DNA of 64,000 nt. Source: Nemertoderma westbladi. Lineage: Eukaryota; Animalia; Xenacoelomorpha. The notes under the pieces were generated by a model, which was not told the DNA's origin, did no database searches, and saw only the letters and a list, made by a program, of their open reading frames with translations. The translations under genes were made by a program, and so were the position numbers. Below, piece after piece: positions 61,501-64,000 of this stretch. Location of the stretch: the NCBI GenBank assembly GCA_032718475.1, contig JAUCBJ010007186.1, positions 10,704 to 74,703 on the forward strand. The letters run 5' to 3'. Every line of letters starts with the position of its first letter. The first letter of the stretch is position 1.

Positions 61501-62184
61501 GTGGTGTAGGTGGACGCTGTATCTTAGTGGTGTGGACGATGTATCCTAGTGGTGTGAACGATGTATCCTAGTTGTGTGGATGATGTATCCTAGTGGTATG
61601 GACGATGTATCCTAGTGGTGTAGGTGGACGATGTATCCTAGTGGTGTGGACGATGTATCCTAGTGGTGTGGGTGGATGATATATCCTAGTGGTGTGTGGG
61701 CGATGTATCCCAGTGGTGTGGACGATGTATCCTAGTGGTGTGGACGATATATCCTAGTGGTGTGGGTGGACGATGTATCATAGTGGTGTGGACGATATAT
61801 CCTAGTGGTGTGGGTGGACGATGTATCCTAGTGGTGTGGGTGGACGTTGTATCCTAGTTGTGTGGACGATGTATCCTAGTGATGTGGGTGGACGATGTAT
61901 CCTAGTGGTGTGGACGATGTATCGTAGTGGTGTGGACGATATATCCTAGTGGTGTGGGTGGACGATATATCGTAGTGGTGTGGCGATGTATCCTAGAGGT
62001 GTGGACGATATATCCTAGTGGTGTGGGTGGACGATGTATCCTAGTGGTGTGGACGATGTATCCTAGTTGTGTGGACGATGAATCCTAGTGGTGTGGATGT
62101 TGTATCGTAGTGGTGTGGACGATGAATCCTTGTGGTGTAGGTGGACGCTGTATCTTAGTGGTGTGGACGATGTATCCTAGTTGT
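52592..62184. repeat. 9.6-kb satellite with a 22-bp unit GGACGATGTATCCTAGTGGTGT and 26-bp (+GGGT) variants
   Basis: Continuous tandem array with re-duplicated variant blocks. Confidence 0.98.
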
Positions 62185-62528
62185 AATGGTAGAGCGTCTA
62201 TGAATCTCAGATCCAATTTATATTTATACATTACACACCAATTATGTTCAGTAACAATGCCAATATATTACGGTACACTCTATTCGACATACCTATTCAG
62301 CAGAAGCCGTCCTCTGATTGGCCCTGCATCAGATTATTAATGCCGTTATTATTACAGCCAATTATGTTGCTCAGTTCCTAATGGTAATAAGTAATTATAG
62401 AGGTCAACTCTTATACTATATAATAGCAGTAACAACAATTTATTTGCACTCTCTCCTTGTTATTCAGTTGACTCTGTTGGTAGCTTTAATTAGTTTTGGA
62501 GGGATGGTAATTTACTCTTATTTGTTAC

Positions 62529-62560
62529 CAGGTTCAGGTTCAGGTTCAGGTTCAGGTTCA
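62529..62560. repeat. (CAGGTT)5 microsatellite
   Basis: Read directly from the sequence. Confidence 0.85.
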
Positions 62561-63851
62561 GACAGTTAAATTTCAAATTATCATTTCCACTTGTGCTATT
62601 AAAATCTTACAATTACAACGTATTTTACAGTCAGAAATAATATTTACATCCCTCCATTGTTTATTATTTCAAGTATTACGTAGTCCAATGTGGCCGTATT
62701 ATCTAGTTAAGTTAAGTTTTATGCTGTAATATTTATTTGTGTGCGGATCTTCTCATAGACGCAAGGCCTACAGTGCAGTGCAATTCAGGAGGAACGGGTG
62801 GTAGCGTCCGGACGAATTATTTGTTGGTAAGTGTATATCAATATTACAAATTACGTAACCCTTTGTTTCAATCAATACTAAATATACAACATATTATATT
62901 CTTTGATATTGATGTTATTGTCCACCTGCGTAAGCAAAGGGGGAAGTAATTGCCATCCTGTCCGTAGCTATTGATGTACCCTGTACCCTTCTGCCCATTC
63001 TCCTCGGGAAAACAAGTGCCACTGGGAAGGGCCTTTGTTGGATTAGAAGTGTGTGGTAGCCGACGGACGTAAAGTAACGGGTTACTACGCTAGCGGTTGC
63101 TAGAGTGGCTGTGGCATTTCGGTGGCCGGCGTTATCTTTCACATTAAGGCAGTGGGGATAGACGCATGCAGCGGGGGTCCCATACAGTAACAAATAGGAA
63201 TATTTTGACTGAATCAGAAGGGTACCGGTACAATACTGTAGACCCTAATTATTATTTTACAGCTATCGATTATTACATTGCAGGTATTTTGGCTGGAAAT
63301 AACTAAAGTTTAATTATACATCGATTTTTTTTCAGTTTTGTTTTTTTTCAAAATTATTCCGAATTTTTTTTTTTTCGTCAAAATTTTGTTATCCCAGTAA
63401 CATAATATTTAATACGGAAGCACCACGGCTGCAGATTGAGTCGACGCGATCTGCAGCAGTTGGACCAACAGTATTAAACAAATAAAAAAAAAACTAAATA
63501 AATTTTGCATATTCACAAAAAACCCCCTAATCTGCAGTTAGCCGGTTTTTGCGTGAGGGTTTATAAGTTACCGGCAGAGTCAACTGTGTGAGAGAGTCCT
63601 TTGTCCCATAGCGTCCTACCGTGGGGTAAGTATACAGTAAGTTCAATTTAGAGCATTCATCTCATCATTCACTATTTTTTTTTGTATTTGTTTCTTTACA
63701 TTTATTTTCTCATTTCGCCCTATTGTCTCGTAACATACAGTATGATACACTATTCTGTACTATTTGTGTTTGATTTACTTCCCGTAAGCTCGGTACTGTA
63801 AGCTCGTATTGAATATACTGTATAGCTGTATGTAGTAAGTAGGCCTATATG

Positions 63852-64000
63852 CAGTATAACTTTATGTACTAAATTTTCTATGTACTGAACTTCCGCTAAG
63901 GTAAACGCGGTATAGTATTTCAAGTACAGTATAACTTTATGTACTGAACTTCCGCTAAGATAGACGCGGTATAGTATTACAAGTACAGTATAACTTTATG
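63852..64000. repeat. 59-bp tandem repeat running off the window end
   Basis: ACGCGGTATAG at 63905 and 63964; CAGTATAACTTTATG occurs three times. Confidence 0.8.

Noticed and set aside
52592-62184. CRISPR array or coding ORFs in the 22-bp array
   Set aside because: There are no unique spacers or cas genes and the context is eukaryotic. The ORFs are repeat translations.
62915-63193. Harbinger transposase fragment (LLYGTPA resembling YGDPAY)
   Set aside because: It is a single weak motif with no other DDE motifs.

Overview
Animal (probably invertebrate) genomic DNA dominated by nested transposable elements. Host genes are three minus-strand exons of an RGS22-like gene (51210-52284) and an intronless plus-strand WDR76/CMR1-like WD40 gene (23627-25414) whose last codons run into a 33-bp minisatellite. 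A P-superfamily (THAP) transposon (3805-23521, 8-bp TSD) is interrupted by an L2/Crack-type LINE and by a non-autonomous BEL/Pao LTR element (7534-22168, 5-bp TSD). That element in turn holds a 5-bp-TSD TIR element containing a MITE. A near-intact BEL/Pao element of the same family (30915-46594), preceded by a truncated tandem copy, appears to split a CRE-like LINE that carries a Ulp1 protease. There are also two copies of a minisatellite-armed TIR element (Sola1-like), a piggyBac-type MITE and a 9.6-kb 22-bp satellite. Most notable: both BEL/Pao elements lack a tRNA-type PBS. The 12 nt directly after the 5' LTR are perfectly complementary to a 12-mer inside the LTR, the signature of Tf1-type self-priming, which I do not know to be described for BEL/Pao. 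All calls come from reading the sequence by eye; no database searches were run.
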